Source of the DNA: Candidatus Parcubacteria bacterium
GTDB lineage: Bacteria > Patescibacteriota > Minisyncoccia > Phycocordibacterales > CAIJYI01
Assembly (NCBI GenBank): GCA_026395595.1
Contig: JAPLYL010000003.1
Span: 12,136 to 76,135, forward strand
Direction: 5' to 3'
DNA: 64,000 nucleotides
Under the pieces are notes generated by a model. That model was not told the DNA's origin. It saw only the letters and a list, made by a program, of their open reading frames with translations, and made no database searches. The stretch's first letter is position 1; the number at the start of each line of letters is the position of its first letter. The translations under genes were made by a program, and so were the position numbers. This document shows, piece after piece, positions 1-9,631 of the stretch.

Positions 1-921
1 ACCAATGCTTTTCTTGATTCACTCAAGATTCTTAGAGAAGAGAAGGACACTTTAGTGATAAAAGGCGATATCAAAAAAGAGAAACTTTCTGGAATTGAAG
101 TGTTTCATTTTGGACTTTCCCCGGACATGAATAAAACACCCGGAGATGATGATAAAAAAATAAATGTCTGGACCGATCAAAAGACCGGTGATCTGAGACA
201 AGTGCAGTTTTCTTCCGGAGGATATTCGGTAATCGTTACTCTTGTCCAGACGAATAAAGCGGTTAGTATTTCAGAACCGTCGGTATTTTTGTCGGCAGAG
301 GTGTGGAAAGAAAAACAGTTTGCTTCCGCTCTCCCCGAACACCTTATCACTGAGATATTTATCGGCTCCTACGGTTCCATTAAAAAAGAGTATTTAGATG
401 GAGTGAAGTCTGCCGTGCAAAAAGCAACTGGGGCAAAAGTCACGATAATGGGGAGCGGTTCTCCTCTTGAAAAAACAGCCCCTCTATTTGATGAAGCGCA
501 CCAGCAATTTGACGCCGATGCTCTCTTTAAAAGCATGGAAAGAACGTCTGCAAAATATGGCGATGTAAATCGTTTTATTTACGTTCTTGATGTTAGCCTG
601 TATTCCCCCTCTCATTTGGAAAAAGGGGCGGTATGGTATATGGAAAAACTCGGATCAAACACGGCGCTTGTTTCTTCTTACGGTCTGGAGAAAAAAAATG
701 ATACAGCAACAAGCTCGGCTTCTGTTTCAACCGTTATCAGTCGTCTTCAAAAAATATCTTTGCATGCGCTTGGAACAAGCATAGGTTTCTCAATCTCTTC
801 TTCTTCCGACAATAAAGCTTGTCTAATGTATCCTGCAACTACTCTCTCAGAACTTGATGCGCAAGGCTCAGGTTATTGCGAACCGGAAAAAGGCTTAATA
901 AGCAAAATCTTCAAAAAATAA
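1..921 (+). CDS. hypothetical protein, 5'-partial (frame stays open to window start)
   Basis: Frame 1 has no stop from nt 1 to 921; no recognisable motif. Confidence 0.4.
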   Translation, partial: TNAFLDSLKILREEKDTLVIKGDIKKEKLSGIEVFHFGLSPDMNKTPGDDDKKINVWTDQKTGDLRQVQFSSGGYSVIVTLVQTNKAVSISEPSVFLSAEVWKEKQFASALPEHLITEIFIGSYGSIKKEYLDGVKSAVQKATGAKVTIMGSGSPLEKTAPLFDEAHQQFDADALFKSMERTSAKYGDVNRFIYVLDVSLYSPSHLEKGAVWYMEKLGSNTALVSSYGLEKKNDTATSSASVSTVISRLQKISLHALGTSIGFSISSSSDNKACLMYPATTLSELDAQGSGYCEPEKGLISKIFKK

Positions 922-970
922 CACATAAAAAATCCCCCGATGTAAATGTAAATCGGGGGATTTTTAAGTA

Positions 971-1333
971 TTATTTTGTTGCTGCGGTATCAATGACTTT
1001 CGCAAAAACTTCAGGTTGGAATTCGGCGAGTTCGGCGAGCATTTTTCTGTTGAGAGCAATGTTCTTCTTTTTGAGAGCGTCAATCAATTTGCTGTAAGAG
1101 GGGATAGTGACATTTTCCAAAGCTCTGATACCGGCGTTGATTTTCACGTTCCATAATCGGCGGTAATCTCCTTTTTTATCACGTCGGTGCGCAAAGGCAT
1201 GACTTCCTGCATGGACGATAGCCTCGTATGCCTGGCGTTCTTTTGTGCTGCGTCCAAAACGATACCCTTTAGTTTGGGCGAGAACATTCTTGCGTGATTT
1301 ATTGGCGGTCGTGCCTCTTTTAACTCTTGTCAT
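971..1333 (-). CDS. rplT: 50S ribosomal protein L20
   Basis: 120 aa, basic, N-terminus MTRVKRG; canonical infC-rpmI-rplT order. Confidence 0.9.
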   Translation of the reverse strand: MTRVKRGTTANKSRKNVLAQTKGYRFGRSTKERQAYEAIVHAGSHAFAHRRDKKGDYRRLWNVKINAGIRALENVTIPSYSKLIDALKKKNIALNRKMLAELAEFQPEVFAKVIDTAATK

Positions 1334-1365
1334 GATAGTGTGTGATTACCGGGGTTCCGGCCTGA

Positions 1366-1554
1366 TTATTTGGTTTTTGTTAAAAATCTGCTTTTGGTTT
1401 TATTGGTCATTTTGAAAGCGATGTTCTTTCTCTTTCCCAATTGTTTGACTCTTTGCTTGCGAGAATTGAAATGGTTCAGACCGCCGACGCGTCCCAGCAC
1501 CTTTCCTTTCTTGGTGACTCTCAGTCGTTTTGTGTATGCTTTATTCGTTTTCAT
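1366..1554 (-). CDS. rpmI: 50S ribosomal protein L35
   Basis: 62 aa, very basic, between infC and rplT. Confidence 0.85.
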   Translation of the reverse strand: MKTNKAYTKRLRVTKKGKVLGRVGGLNHFNSRKQRVKQLGKRKNIAFKMTNKTKSRFLTKTK

Positions 1555-1579
1555 GGTGTTATTAAAATATCTCGTTTTG

Positions 1580-2092
1580 TTATTTCTTAACCGATCTTTC
1601 TACGATAAGGGTTAATCCTTTCGGGCCTTTTTTGGGGCCGTCAACAATCTTATACTCCTCGGTAATAAAATGAAGCAGTCGGTCTAATCGTTCTTTTAAA
1701 AATGATTCATTCAAATACTTCGCGCGGCCCTTCAAAAACAGATTTATCTTTACGCGATGGCCTTCTTTGAGCCATGTGGAAGCGTTTTTCGCTTTCAGCT
1801 CAAGATCATGCTCTCCGGTACCGATGGTAACCTGAAGCGACTTCAATTCAATGACGTGAGCCTTGGTTTTGGTCGCTTTTTCTTTTTTGTTCTTCTCGTA
1901 AACGAATTTACCATAATCTAGGATTTTTGCAACAGGCGGAACAGCATTCGGGGAAATTTCCACCAAGTCCATTCCGGCTTGCTCTGCTCGCGTAAGGGCT
2001 TCGTCTCGTGAGATAACTCCGAGAGGGGAACCGTCGGGTCCGATGACTCGCAGTTGAGGGGCCCGTATTTGAGTGTTTATTCGTTCGTCCAA
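1580..2092 (-). CDS. infC: translation initiation factor IF-3
   Basis: IF3 N- and C-domain signature (INTQIRAPQLRVIGPDG...GMDLVEISPNAVPPVAKILDYGKF). Confidence 0.9.
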   Translation of the reverse strand: MDERINTQIRAPQLRVIGPDGSPLGVISRDEALTRAEQAGMDLVEISPNAVPPVAKILDYGKFVYEKNKKEKATKTKAHVIELKSLQVTIGTGEHDLELKAKNASTWLKEGHRVKINLFLKGRAKYLNESFLKERLDRLLHFITEEYKIVDGPKKGPKGLTLIVERSVKK

Positions 2093-2240
2093 AGTAGTAT
2101 TTGAAAAAGGTTATGTTTATAAGCTACCGTAAATAGTAACAAATAATGCCATTTTTGGCAACAGGTAGTCTGTTTTTTTGGGTAAAAAATAAAAGAGCCT
2201 AAATAATAGGCTCTTTTGAATCAGTGGCGAGCATAATCAC

Positions 2241-2573
2241 CTAATAGTGAGAATGAAAGTTAATCGGTTCGGTTTCTGTTTTTGGTCCAGGAATAATGTG
2301 ACTCACATCAAGGGTGTAGTGATCCTTCAAGATCACTATTTCTTTGCGGACTGATGCTATATCGTTTCTCTTCTTTTCTCTTGTTTCAACACTCGTCACT
2401 ACGTCCACTTTTCCGTTTTCGTAAGAAACGCTGGTGATGCAAAAAACGAGATGGGTTCCGGGAATCGTTATTTCCGTTTCCACGCTTTTGGAGCAAGCAT
2501 GCCCTCCGGGGGCATCGGCAAATATATCGTCATTATTCATTTTCTTTCCTCCTCTTTTTACAGTAAAGAACAA
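2241..2573 (-). CDS. hypothetical protein
   Basis: 110-aa ORF, no motif. Confidence 0.35.
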   Translation of the reverse strand: MFFTVKRGGKKMNNDDIFADAPGGHACSKSVETEITIPGTHLVFCITSVSYENGKVDVVTSVETREKKRNDIASVRKEIVILKDHYTLDVSHIIPGPKTETEPINFHSHY

Positions 2574-2659
2574 AAATTTAGTTATTTATACCTTTCGTGG
2601 TTCTATAAGTCAAGGCCATGACGGGCAAGCCCTCCTTCGCTTGCGAGCTATGGCAAGCA

Positions 2660-2690
2660 AGGAAAAACCGCCCCATAGTTGGGGCGGTCA
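2660..2690 (-). terminator. rho-independent terminator (CCGCCCC-loop-GGGGCGG hairpin plus U-run on the minus strand)
   Basis: Hairpin ccgccccatagttggggcgg preceded by an A-run on the plus strand, immediately 3' of the minus-strand gene. Confidence 0.6.
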
Positions 2691-2696
2691 GCTTTT

Positions 2697-3416
2697 CTAT
2701 TGCAGAACTTTTTGAGTTCTTGGTTTCCGAATCATGGTGAGAGGAATGATTTGATCAATAAGACCGAATTCAAATGCTTCTTCCGCAGACATGATTCGTT
2801 CGCGAGTAAGCATCCTTCTTATCTCTTCCTCGCTTCGCATGGTTCTGTCCATAAGAATTTTTACCATCTTGTCATTGATTTTTTCAAATTCCTTAATCAT
2901 GAGCAATCTTTGTTTATCTTTTCTCAGGATACGAGCGTTTACGCGCATCATTCCTTGACTATAATGGCAAAAGAATTCCGTATTCGCCGTGGCGGACCGC
3001 CCTATGCATCCTTGCAAAAGAAGTTGTATCGCCGCGGAACTTACGTATTCGCAGACAACACCGTGCGCTCCACCGGGATAAAGCAGAAGTTGGTCATGAA
3101 TACCCATTCCAGCACGTATAAAGCCTCCGTCGGACGTGATATTCACTCTCACGGGAGGGGAGCCTTTCATTTTTAAAAGTTTAAGACTTTCCCGTACGTT
3201 GCTCGCCATTGCTTCATCAACAAAACCGAAGAGGTTTATTTCCGGTTCGGCGTCATCCAATAATTTGACATTGATGGCTTTTTCAAGACTATCGGAGAAC
3301 ATTTCATTTTTGTTTTGAAAGTACTTCACGAGGGAAGGGAGAGGAGCATCGCAAAAGAGAAACTCATCATATTCGTTATTGGTATTATACATTGTCCACC
3401 TCCTTTTAAAGGGCAA
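2697..3416 (-). CDS. clpP: ClpP-family (S14) peptidase paralog 1
   Basis: ClpP core with candidate Ser (EYVSSAAIQLL) and His (FFCHYSQG). The Asp position reads RERIMSAEEA, so Asp is replaced by Glu. Confidence 0.75.
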   Translation of the reverse strand: MPFKRRWTMYNTNNEYDEFLFCDAPLPSLVKYFQNKNEMFSDSLEKAINVKLLDDAEPEINLFGFVDEAMASNVRESLKLLKMKGSPPVRVNITSDGGFIRAGMGIHDQLLLYPGGAHGVVCEYVSSAAIQLLLQGCIGRSATANTEFFCHYSQGMMRVNARILRKDKQRLLMIKEFEKINDKMVKILMDRTMRSEEEIRRMLTRERIMSAEEAFEFGLIDQIIPLTMIRKPRTQKVLQ

Positions 3417-3493
3417 TTGTTTCTGATATTCAGACTACACCACTTTTTTGAGGCGGTCAAATAAACCCGCCTTCACCAAAGGCTACTGCGGGC

Positions 3494-3526
3494 AAAGAAA
3501 TACCGCCCCGATTTGCTCGGGGCGGT
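3494..3526 (-). terminator. rho-independent terminator
   Basis: Hairpin ccgccccgatttgctcggggcgg followed by a U-run on the minus strand. Confidence 0.6.
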
Positions 3527-3533
3527 CTTGGTG

Positions 3534-4247
3534 TTAAAAGGTGGGCCTTGTTATCCGTTTACGTTTTGCTTTTGTTGGTTTTTCTTCCTCGGGTTCTGCC
3601 ATTTTGAATTCAAGAACCCCGTCAAGGATACCGAACGCCAGCGCTTCTTGTGCCGTCATAAATCGTCCTTTTGCAAGAAGTTTGAAGATTTCTCCCTCTG
3701 TTCTTCCTGTCCTTCTCATGAGAATCCGCACGGCTTGAGCTTTTATTTTCTCAAGTTCGCGAATCATTCTCGTTCGCCACCCGACGCTTTTCAGATCGTG
3801 TTCCGTGATGAGATCTATGGTAAGAGCGTTATGGCACATGATTTCGCAGTTTTCCGTTGCGAAACGGACGGTGCATCCTTGGAGCAGGAACATCGCCGCT
3901 GCAGAGCAGGCTTGTCCAATGGCTAATCCCTCTACTCGTACTCCTGTTTCCAAAGAATACAGCATAAAGAGGTCGTGGATTTCCAACCCCGCTTGAACGC
4001 TTCCTCCGGGAGAGGAAATTCTGACCGTAAGAACGCCTTCTTTTGGTGGTTCGTAGGTGAGGATAACAAGAGCATCCCGCACATATTCGGCCATTTCTTC
4101 GTTTACTTCACCGTGAAGATAGAGAAGTCCTTGATCTAAAAGACTCAAGAGAGCCGCATTTTTAATATCTTTAGGAACAACGAATCTTTCTCGTCCTTCT
4201 CCATTTTCGTTTCGTAAGAATTTTCTTACGGTATATGAGATACTCAT
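3534..4247 (-). CDS. clpP: ClpP-family (S14) peptidase paralog 2 (Asp position is Gly)
   Basis: SSPGGSVQAGLEIHD, GQACSAAAMFLLQG and IMCHNA align to ClpP Ser/His regions. The Asp position reads AKGRFMTAQEA. Confidence 0.75.
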   Translation of the reverse strand: MSISYTVRKFLRNENGEGRERFVVPKDIKNAALLSLLDQGLLYLHGEVNEEMAEYVRDALVILTYEPPKEGVLTVRISSPGGSVQAGLEIHDLFMLYSLETGVRVEGLAIGQACSAAAMFLLQGCTVRFATENCEIMCHNALTIDLITEHDLKSVGWRTRMIRELEKIKAQAVRILMRRTGRTEGEIFKLLAKGRFMTAQEALAFGILDGVLEFKMAEPEEEKPTKAKRKRITRPTF

Positions 4248-4316
4248 GTATTACCTCCGTTTGTCTATGCTATTGAAAGGTACCCATCTTCTAATCTTAT
4301 TATTTCATTGTTTTAC

Positions 4317-5561
4317 CTATTTGTCAATACAAGTTTTTCTGGCATCGCTTCCTGCCACCCATCCGGTCGTCCAGCAAAGTTGGAGAGAAAAACCTCCCGA
4401 AGGGCGATTGATATCCAAAACATCGCCGAGCAAATACAGGTTTGGGTGGATTTTTGAAGTCATGTTTGTGAAGTTCACTTCGGTAAGAGCCACTCCTCCG
4501 TCGGCGATAAGCGCCTTTTCAAAACCGAGGGTTCCCGTAATAGGGAAGGAAAGATCCTTCATTTTTTTTACGAGCGCTTTGCGTTCTTCTTTGGTAACCG
4601 CATTCGCTTCTTTTTCGGCGAGTTGAATATCGGGCAGATTGAGTATTTGTTCCGCAAGAGATTTTTCCATCATCTCCGGCAAGATGTTTTTCAGTAATTT
4701 GTTTTTATTTTTCTCAAACAAACGCCAGACTCTTCGGTCAAGCTCATTTTCTTCCGTGTCGGGAAACATATCAATACTCGCCGTAACCGAACCTTTTTCC
4801 AAAAGTTTTTTCACTTCAAAAGAAGTGTTTAAAACGAGCGGGCCGGAAATGCCGAAATGGGTGAAAAGAATTTTTCCCGTTTTTTTGATCTTATTTTTCC
4901 CATCCTGACGAAAACGAATAGTCATAAAAGAAAGAGAAACGCCGGACAAGGCGTGTATCCATTTTGCATCGGTAGTAAGAGGAACGAGATTCGGATTCGG
5001 TTCTTTAACGGTATGTCCAAGTTTCTCAAGGATTGTCACGCCTTCGCCTCCAATACCGGAAGCAAGAGCGACCTTTTTTCCGATGAATGTTTCTTCTGAT
5101 TTTGTCTGTACGGAAAAAGTGCCATCTTCATTTTTTTTGAGCCCGGTAACTTTCATTCCCGATTTTATTTCCACGTTATTTTTCTTGATATAATTCTTCA
5201 TTACCGCCACGACATCGTTCGCATTCTGTGTCTTGGGAAAAGCGCGTTTCCTCCCTTCAACGACAAGTGGTAACCCTTTCTTCTCAAAAAAATTAAAAGT
5301 GTCCTGTATGGAAAATTTGGAAAATGGCGAAAAAAGAAATTCTTTCGCTTCGGGGAAGTTTGCCAAAAAAGCGCGGGTATCAAATTCCGCGTTCGTGATG
5401 TTGCATCGCCCGCCGCCGGTCAAAGAAAGCTTCTTGCCAAGGTCTTTGTTTTTTTCAGTCAAAAGCACCCGCGAGCCCAGTTCAGCAGCCCGCCCCGCGC
5501 ACATCATCCCTGAAGGCCCGCCCCCGATGACAATAAGATCAAAAATCCGATTATTTTGCAT
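4317..5561 (-). CDS. FAD-dependent flavoprotein, HI0933/YhiN-like family
   Basis: N-terminal DLIVIGGGPSGMMCAGRAAELG dinucleotide-binding motif; GGGRCNITN motif typical of the HI0933 family. Confidence 0.8.
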   Translation of the reverse strand: MQNNRIFDLIVIGGGPSGMMCAGRAAELGSRVLLTEKNKDLGKKLSLTGGGRCNITNAEFDTRAFLANFPEAKEFLFSPFSKFSIQDTFNFFEKKGLPLVVEGRKRAFPKTQNANDVVAVMKNYIKKNNVEIKSGMKVTGLKKNEDGTFSVQTKSEETFIGKKVALASGIGGEGVTILEKLGHTVKEPNPNLVPLTTDAKWIHALSGVSLSFMTIRFRQDGKNKIKKTGKILFTHFGISGPLVLNTSFEVKKLLEKGSVTASIDMFPDTEENELDRRVWRLFEKNKNKLLKNILPEMMEKSLAEQILNLPDIQLAEKEANAVTKEERKALVKKMKDLSFPITGTLGFEKALIADGGVALTEVNFTNMTSKIHPNLYLLGDVLDINRPSGGFSLQLCWTTGWVAGSDARKTCIDK

Positions 5562-5648
5562 ATCAAAAGACTAGCACCTATTGACAAAATATGCAATAGG
5601 GTGTATAGTTAAAATGGTTTTGATTTTTGATACAACGAGGAGAAAAAC

Positions 5649-5993
5649 ATGAAAACAACAAGTGTTTTGAAACAACTTACCGCCGCCGCTAACGATCAGC
5701 TTTGTTTTTGGAAAACAGCGAAAAAAACAGGCTTGGTGACCTATGACTTTGGAAATGATATTGTTTCTGTAGAAACAGGAACGGGGGATGATGACAAAGT
5801 GATCTTAATGACAACCGGGTTCTTGATCTCCCTTTTTTCTGATGTTGAACACACTCCGTATAACGCCTTGCTTGTCCTAGAATCAACAGGGTTGGATGTT
5901 ATGGTAGTCAATTGCCGTAAATATATTACCCCTGATTACCTGGCCGAACTTTGCGACCGCGCCGGTTTTAGTTTTTGCGAAGCTGTTGAATAA
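5649..5993 (+). CDS. hypothetical protein
   Basis: 114-aa ORF downstream of a TTGACA-N17-TATAGT promoter-like site (5581-5609). Confidence 0.4.
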   Translation: MKTTSVLKQLTAAANDQLCFWKTAKKTGLVTYDFGNDIVSVETGTGDDDKVILMTTGFLISLFSDVEHTPYNALLVLESTGLDVMVVNCRKYITPDYLAELCDRAGFSFCEAVE

Positions 5994-6029
5994 ATGAACG
6001 CAACGAACGGGTTTACGCCCGTTCGTTTT

Positions 6030-6224
6030 TTATTTTATATCAAACACGTTCTCAATATGTTTTTGTTTGAGAACTTCTGTGATTTTATGCGCCAAAAGCA
6101 GGGAGGGGTTATACCGTCCCGCTTCAAGAGAAATGATCGTTTGCCGCGTTACCCCGACTCGTTCCGCGAGTTCTTCCTGTGTCATTCCAATCTTTTTTCG
6201 CAGTTCTGAGATTCTGGTTTCCAT
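6030..6224 (-). CDS. XRE-family helix-turn-helix transcriptional regulator
   Basis: 64 aa; [29 protein letters not shown] is a Cro/C1-type HTH. Confidence 0.8.
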   Translation of the reverse strand: METRISELRKKIGMTQEELAERVGVTRQTIISLEAGRYNPSLLLAHKITEVLKQKHIENVFDIK

Positions 6225-6319
6225 GATGTCTAAATAATAAAATAGAAAAATAAAATCAAAACATCAGTATCGTTATCGTTAATCTTTTTATTTTACTATT
6301 TTCTTATTTTTCTCTTTTT

Positions 6320-6814
6320 TTAGTTATTTCTATCCAGATACCAGTTTGTCGCGCCTTTGGCGATCAGTCCGGCAATAATGGCAATGATAATAACGGGATC
6401 AACGAGAATATCTTTTCCTCTCACTGCTGTTTGCGCGACCTCAAAGGCGATTCCCGTTGCCAGCACGGCGAGGATTACCCAAAGAGCATTTCTTTCCGCA
6501 AGCGCCTCATGTTGTCTTTCTCGTTCATCTTCCGGCAGATGGATCATAATATCCGCCAAATCAACTGCGAAGATAACCACCCAAACGATGAGAATTACAG
6601 GCACCGCTCCGTTTATCTGCATGAACGAAAGAGCCACAAGAGGGGAGATCATAATTGCGGTATACAACCATCCCTGCCATGTTGCCGGCGTAATTCCCCA
6701 GCCGGAGTATTTTCGTCTTTTAAACCACTCTTTTTTTCCTATCATATATTTGTTTATTATTATATGTAAAAAATATGTTACATATATCAATATAGCATAT
6801 TTTTTCTGCAACAC
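6320..6814 (-). CDS. hypothetical membrane protein (about 4 TM segments; alternative start near 6745)
   Basis: Hydrophobic helices; co-directional with, and downstream of, the XRE regulator. Confidence 0.5.
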   Translation of the reverse strand: MLQKKYAILIYVTYFLHIIINKYMIGKKEWFKRRKYSGWGITPATWQGWLYTAIMISPLVALSFMQINGAVPVILIVWVVIFAVDLADIMIHLPEDERERQHEALAERNALWVILAVLATGIAFEVAQTAVRGKDILVDPVIIIAIIAGLIAKGATNWYLDRNN

Positions 6815-6842
6815 AAGCCTTTTTCTGTGGATTTCCTAAAAT

Positions 6843-7271
6843 TTGACTTTTATTGCATATTATCTTACTTTCCGCGAGGTAAAAGCGTTTGAAGAAATGA
6901 CCGGCGTGGCGCGTCTTTGTTTGTCCGTCCCCGAAGGAAACACGGTAAAAAAAGAGATGATATGCGTCGGATTTGACATAAGAAGTCTTGCGGAAAAAAA
7001 AGAAAAGATGGAGCCGATTTCTTTTCCCGTAAAGAATGGAGATAAGGAGACCTCAGAATTTTTTCGGATATTGGAGATAAGACATCGGATTACTTACAAC
7101 TACGGTAAAGGAATAATGTATTTGATTGATAATACCGACGGAGAACATCCGGACGTCAAAACAATCCCTCATGAAGATTTTGCCAGAGCGGTCAGACAAG
7201 GTATTCCGACCTCTGCCGAAATGCTGCTGTTACTTTCTCTCTCATATCTCTTTCCGCGTTACCGAATATGA
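6843..7271 (+). CDS. hypothetical protein
   Basis: 142-aa ORF, no motif. Confidence 0.35.
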   Translation: MTFIAYYLTFREVKAFEEMTGVARLCLSVPEGNTVKKEMICVGFDIRSLAEKKEKMEPISFPVKNGDKETSEFFRILEIRHRITYNYGKGIMYLIDNTDGEHPDVKTIPHEDFARAVRQGIPTSAEMLLLLSLSYLFPRYRI

Positions 7272-7379
7272 GGACATGGTTTCCGAAGAACAGATGGCGG
7301 AACTCATTGAACTCTTCTATCGCTTGGTTCCGGCTGATGCATAAAAGTTAAAGCGTTCCAATACTCTTGGGACGCTTTT

Positions 7380-7871
7380 TTGTTTTTCGTTCTTCTTGTA
7401 TACTGTAATTCTATGCACACGCTATTATTTTTCGGTTTGATGTTTTGGGTCAGTTTTTGCTTCGCAAAAATGGAAATTGAAATAGAAGGGGCGCACGGGT
7501 GGGCGGGAGATCTTCCTACGTGGCGAATATCCAAAGAACACTTTATCAGTCGAATTTTTGCCGGAGGAAGAGAACTCACCGGTTATCATCTTTGGGTGCA
7601 GCTCTTTGTTTTCTCTCTTCTTCATCTGACATACTTGTTCACCCCGTTTAATCTTGGGGTGGAACTTCAGATTTTTTCTTTCATCTTTTTCGTCTGGATT
7701 ACGGAAGACTATATGTGGTTTCTTTTGAATCCCGCGTTCGGAATCGCGAAGTTTAAAAAAGAAAATATCTGGTGGCACGAACGCCATTGGTGGAAATTTG
7801 CCCCTCGGGATTATTTTATTTTTATCCCGATTGCGATAATACTCTATATCCTTTCTTTCTTTTTGGTATAA
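7380..7871 (+). CDS. hypothetical membrane protein
   Basis: 163 aa, multiple hydrophobic segments, Trp-rich. Confidence 0.4.
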   Translation: MFFVLLVYCNSMHTLLFFGLMFWVSFCFAKMEIEIEGAHGWAGDLPTWRISKEHFISRIFAGGRELTGYHLWVQLFVFSLLHLTYLFTPFNLGVELQIFSFIFFVWITEDYMWFLLNPAFGIAKFKKENIWWHERHWWKFAPRDYFIFIPIAIILYILSFFLV

Positions 7872-7910
7872 AAATAAGGCGTTACGGCTGAGTCGTAACG
7901 CCTTGTGTTT

Positions 7911-9044
7911 TTATACGGTGATTTTATAGCCGTATTCGGTTGTTTCCACTTTCGGTTCGTGATATTCCATTCCGAAAGCATCCGCAACCGCTCGATAGGT
8001 TATCTTTCCTTGAATGATATTCACACCCTTCAAAAGCGCTTCGTTTTCCGCAACCGCACGAATCCAGCCTTTATTGGCCAACTCAAGCGCATAAAGAAGA
8101 GTAGCGTTTGTCAACGCGATTGTTGAAGTTCTTGGAAACGCGCCCGGCATATTAGCCACGCCATAGTGTACGATGCCGTCAACGATAAAGATAGGGTCTT
8201 TGTGTGTGGTCGGATGAACCGTTTCCACACAGCCACCTTGGTCAATGGCAACGTCCACGATAACCGCGCCTTGCTTCATCAGTTTTAAATCTTCGCGACG
8301 AATCAATTTTGGAGCCGCTGCGCCGGGAATGAGAACGCCACCAATCACGAGATCCGCGTCTTTGATGTGTTTCAAGATATTTTCACGATTGGAAACAAGA
8401 CTTTCCGCATTCGGCAAGATATCTCGGAGATATCGCAAACGGGGAAGTGATGAATCCAATATAACCACATTCGCGCCCATACCGAGCGCTTTTTTTGCGG
8501 CATTTAATCCGACGATGCCTCCGCCTAAAACGACGACTTTTCCGCGCGCTGTGCCAGTGACTCCGCCGAGTAAAATACCGCGTCCGCCGTAGATTTTTTC
8601 CAGATACTTCGCACCCTCATGCGTTGCCATACTGCCGGCAACTTCCGACATAGGTACGAGCAACGGAAGGGAATGATCCGGCAATTCAACGGTTTCGTAG
8701 GCGATACACGTTGCGCCAGATTTTAAATGCGCTTCAGTCAGTTCTCGGTCTGCGGCGAAATGGAAGTAGGTGAAGATTACCTGATCTTTTTTCATGCGAG
8801 GCCATTCGGGGGTAATAGGCTCCTTGACCTTGATGATCATGTCGGTGAGATCCCATACGTCTTCAACCGGCATCACATGCGCTCCAGTTTTGAGGTATTC
8901 TTCATCACTGAAACCGCTTCCGATTCCCGCACCCTTTTCTACAAAAACTTTATGACCCGCGGAAACAAGCGCTTCCACGCCGGCGGGGGTTACTCCAACC
9001 CGATTTTCATTCGTTTTAATTTCTTTCGGTACACCTATTTTCAT
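7911..9044 (-). CDS. ald: L-alanine dehydrogenase (start at internal MKIGVPKEIK; ORF track extends to 9140)
   Basis: MKIGVPKEIKTNENRVGVTPAGV N-terminus and VVVLGGGIVGLNAAKKALGMGA NAD-binding fold. Confidence 0.85.
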   Translation of the reverse strand: MKIGVPKEIKTNENRVGVTPAGVEALVSAGHKVFVEKGAGIGSGFSDEEYLKTGAHVMPVEDVWDLTDMIIKVKEPITPEWPRMKKDQVIFTYFHFAADRELTEAHLKSGATCIAYETVELPDHSLPLLVPMSEVAGSMATHEGAKYLEKIYGGRGILLGGVTGTARGKVVVLGGGIVGLNAAKKALGMGANVVILDSSLPRLRYLRDILPNAESLVSNRENILKHIKDADLVIGGVLIPGAAAPKLIRREDLKLMKQGAVIVDVAIDQGGCVETVHPTTHKDPIFIVDGIVHYGVANMPGAFPRTSTIALTNATLLYALELANKGWIRAVAENEALLKGVNIIQGKITYRAVADAFGMEYHEPKVETTEYGYKITV

Positions 9045-9144
9045 CACATCCTCCTTTTGGATAGTGAAATCAATTAAAAATTCTTTTTTCAAAAGAACGC
9101 TCTTTGACCACACGATATATCTTATTTTATAGTTTGTCAATTAT

Positions 9145-9404
9145 TCGGTCCGTGAATCCAAAAACTCTTCGTTCGTCATCCTCGCGAATGCGGGGCGACC
9201 TAATTTTGACCTAATTTTTAAGGAGCGAAGCGACTATAAAAATGGAAATACTCTTGTAGTATAATGACCGAAGCGACTATAAAAATGGAAGTACTCTTGT
9301 GGTGCTCCAGAGTATGGCTTAATGACGTGGATCCCCGTATTCGCGAGGATGACGATTTGGGGATATTTTAGTCCAAGGAAATGAGTTTTTGGATTCACAG
9401 TTCG
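9145..9404. repeat. MITE-like palindromic element: ~45-55-bp imperfect terminal inverted repeats enclosing two tandem ~40-bp direct repeats
   Basis: Left arm ggtccgtgaatccaaaaactc...cgtcatcctcgcgaatgcgggg pairs with right arm ccccgtattcgcgaggatgacg...gagtttttggattcac. Internal tandem unit is gaagcgactataaaaatggaa[a/g]tactcttgt[a/g]gt, two copies. Confidence 0.6.
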
Positions 9405-9484
9405 GTATTTTTCCACAATCGCATTATCCGATAATATGGTATTATATACTTAGCAGAGCATTATTCGTTAATTCGTTTAATTTT

Positions 9485-9547
9485 ATGGCAAAAGGACAAG
9501 ATAAAAGAAAAGAAGTGAAGAAACCGAAAAAAGGAGCGAAAAAATAA
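9485..9547 (+). CDS. candidate 20-aa highly basic peptide (MAKGQDKRKEVKKPKKGAKK)
   Basis: Short ORF immediately followed by hairpin aaaaccgcgcaagcggttttttt; no clear SD. Confidence 0.2.
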   Translation: MAKGQDKRKEVKKPKKGAKK

Positions 9548-9631
9548 TTTTGAAAAACCGCGCAAGCGGTTTTTTTATTTCTGTATCTCTTCGGAATTTG
9601 TTATTATAAAGATGAGATAAAAAATAAAAAT

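Noticed and set aside
9234-9416. 60-aa minus-strand ORF
   Set aside because: Lies wholly inside the MITE-like inverted-repeat element; likely spurious.
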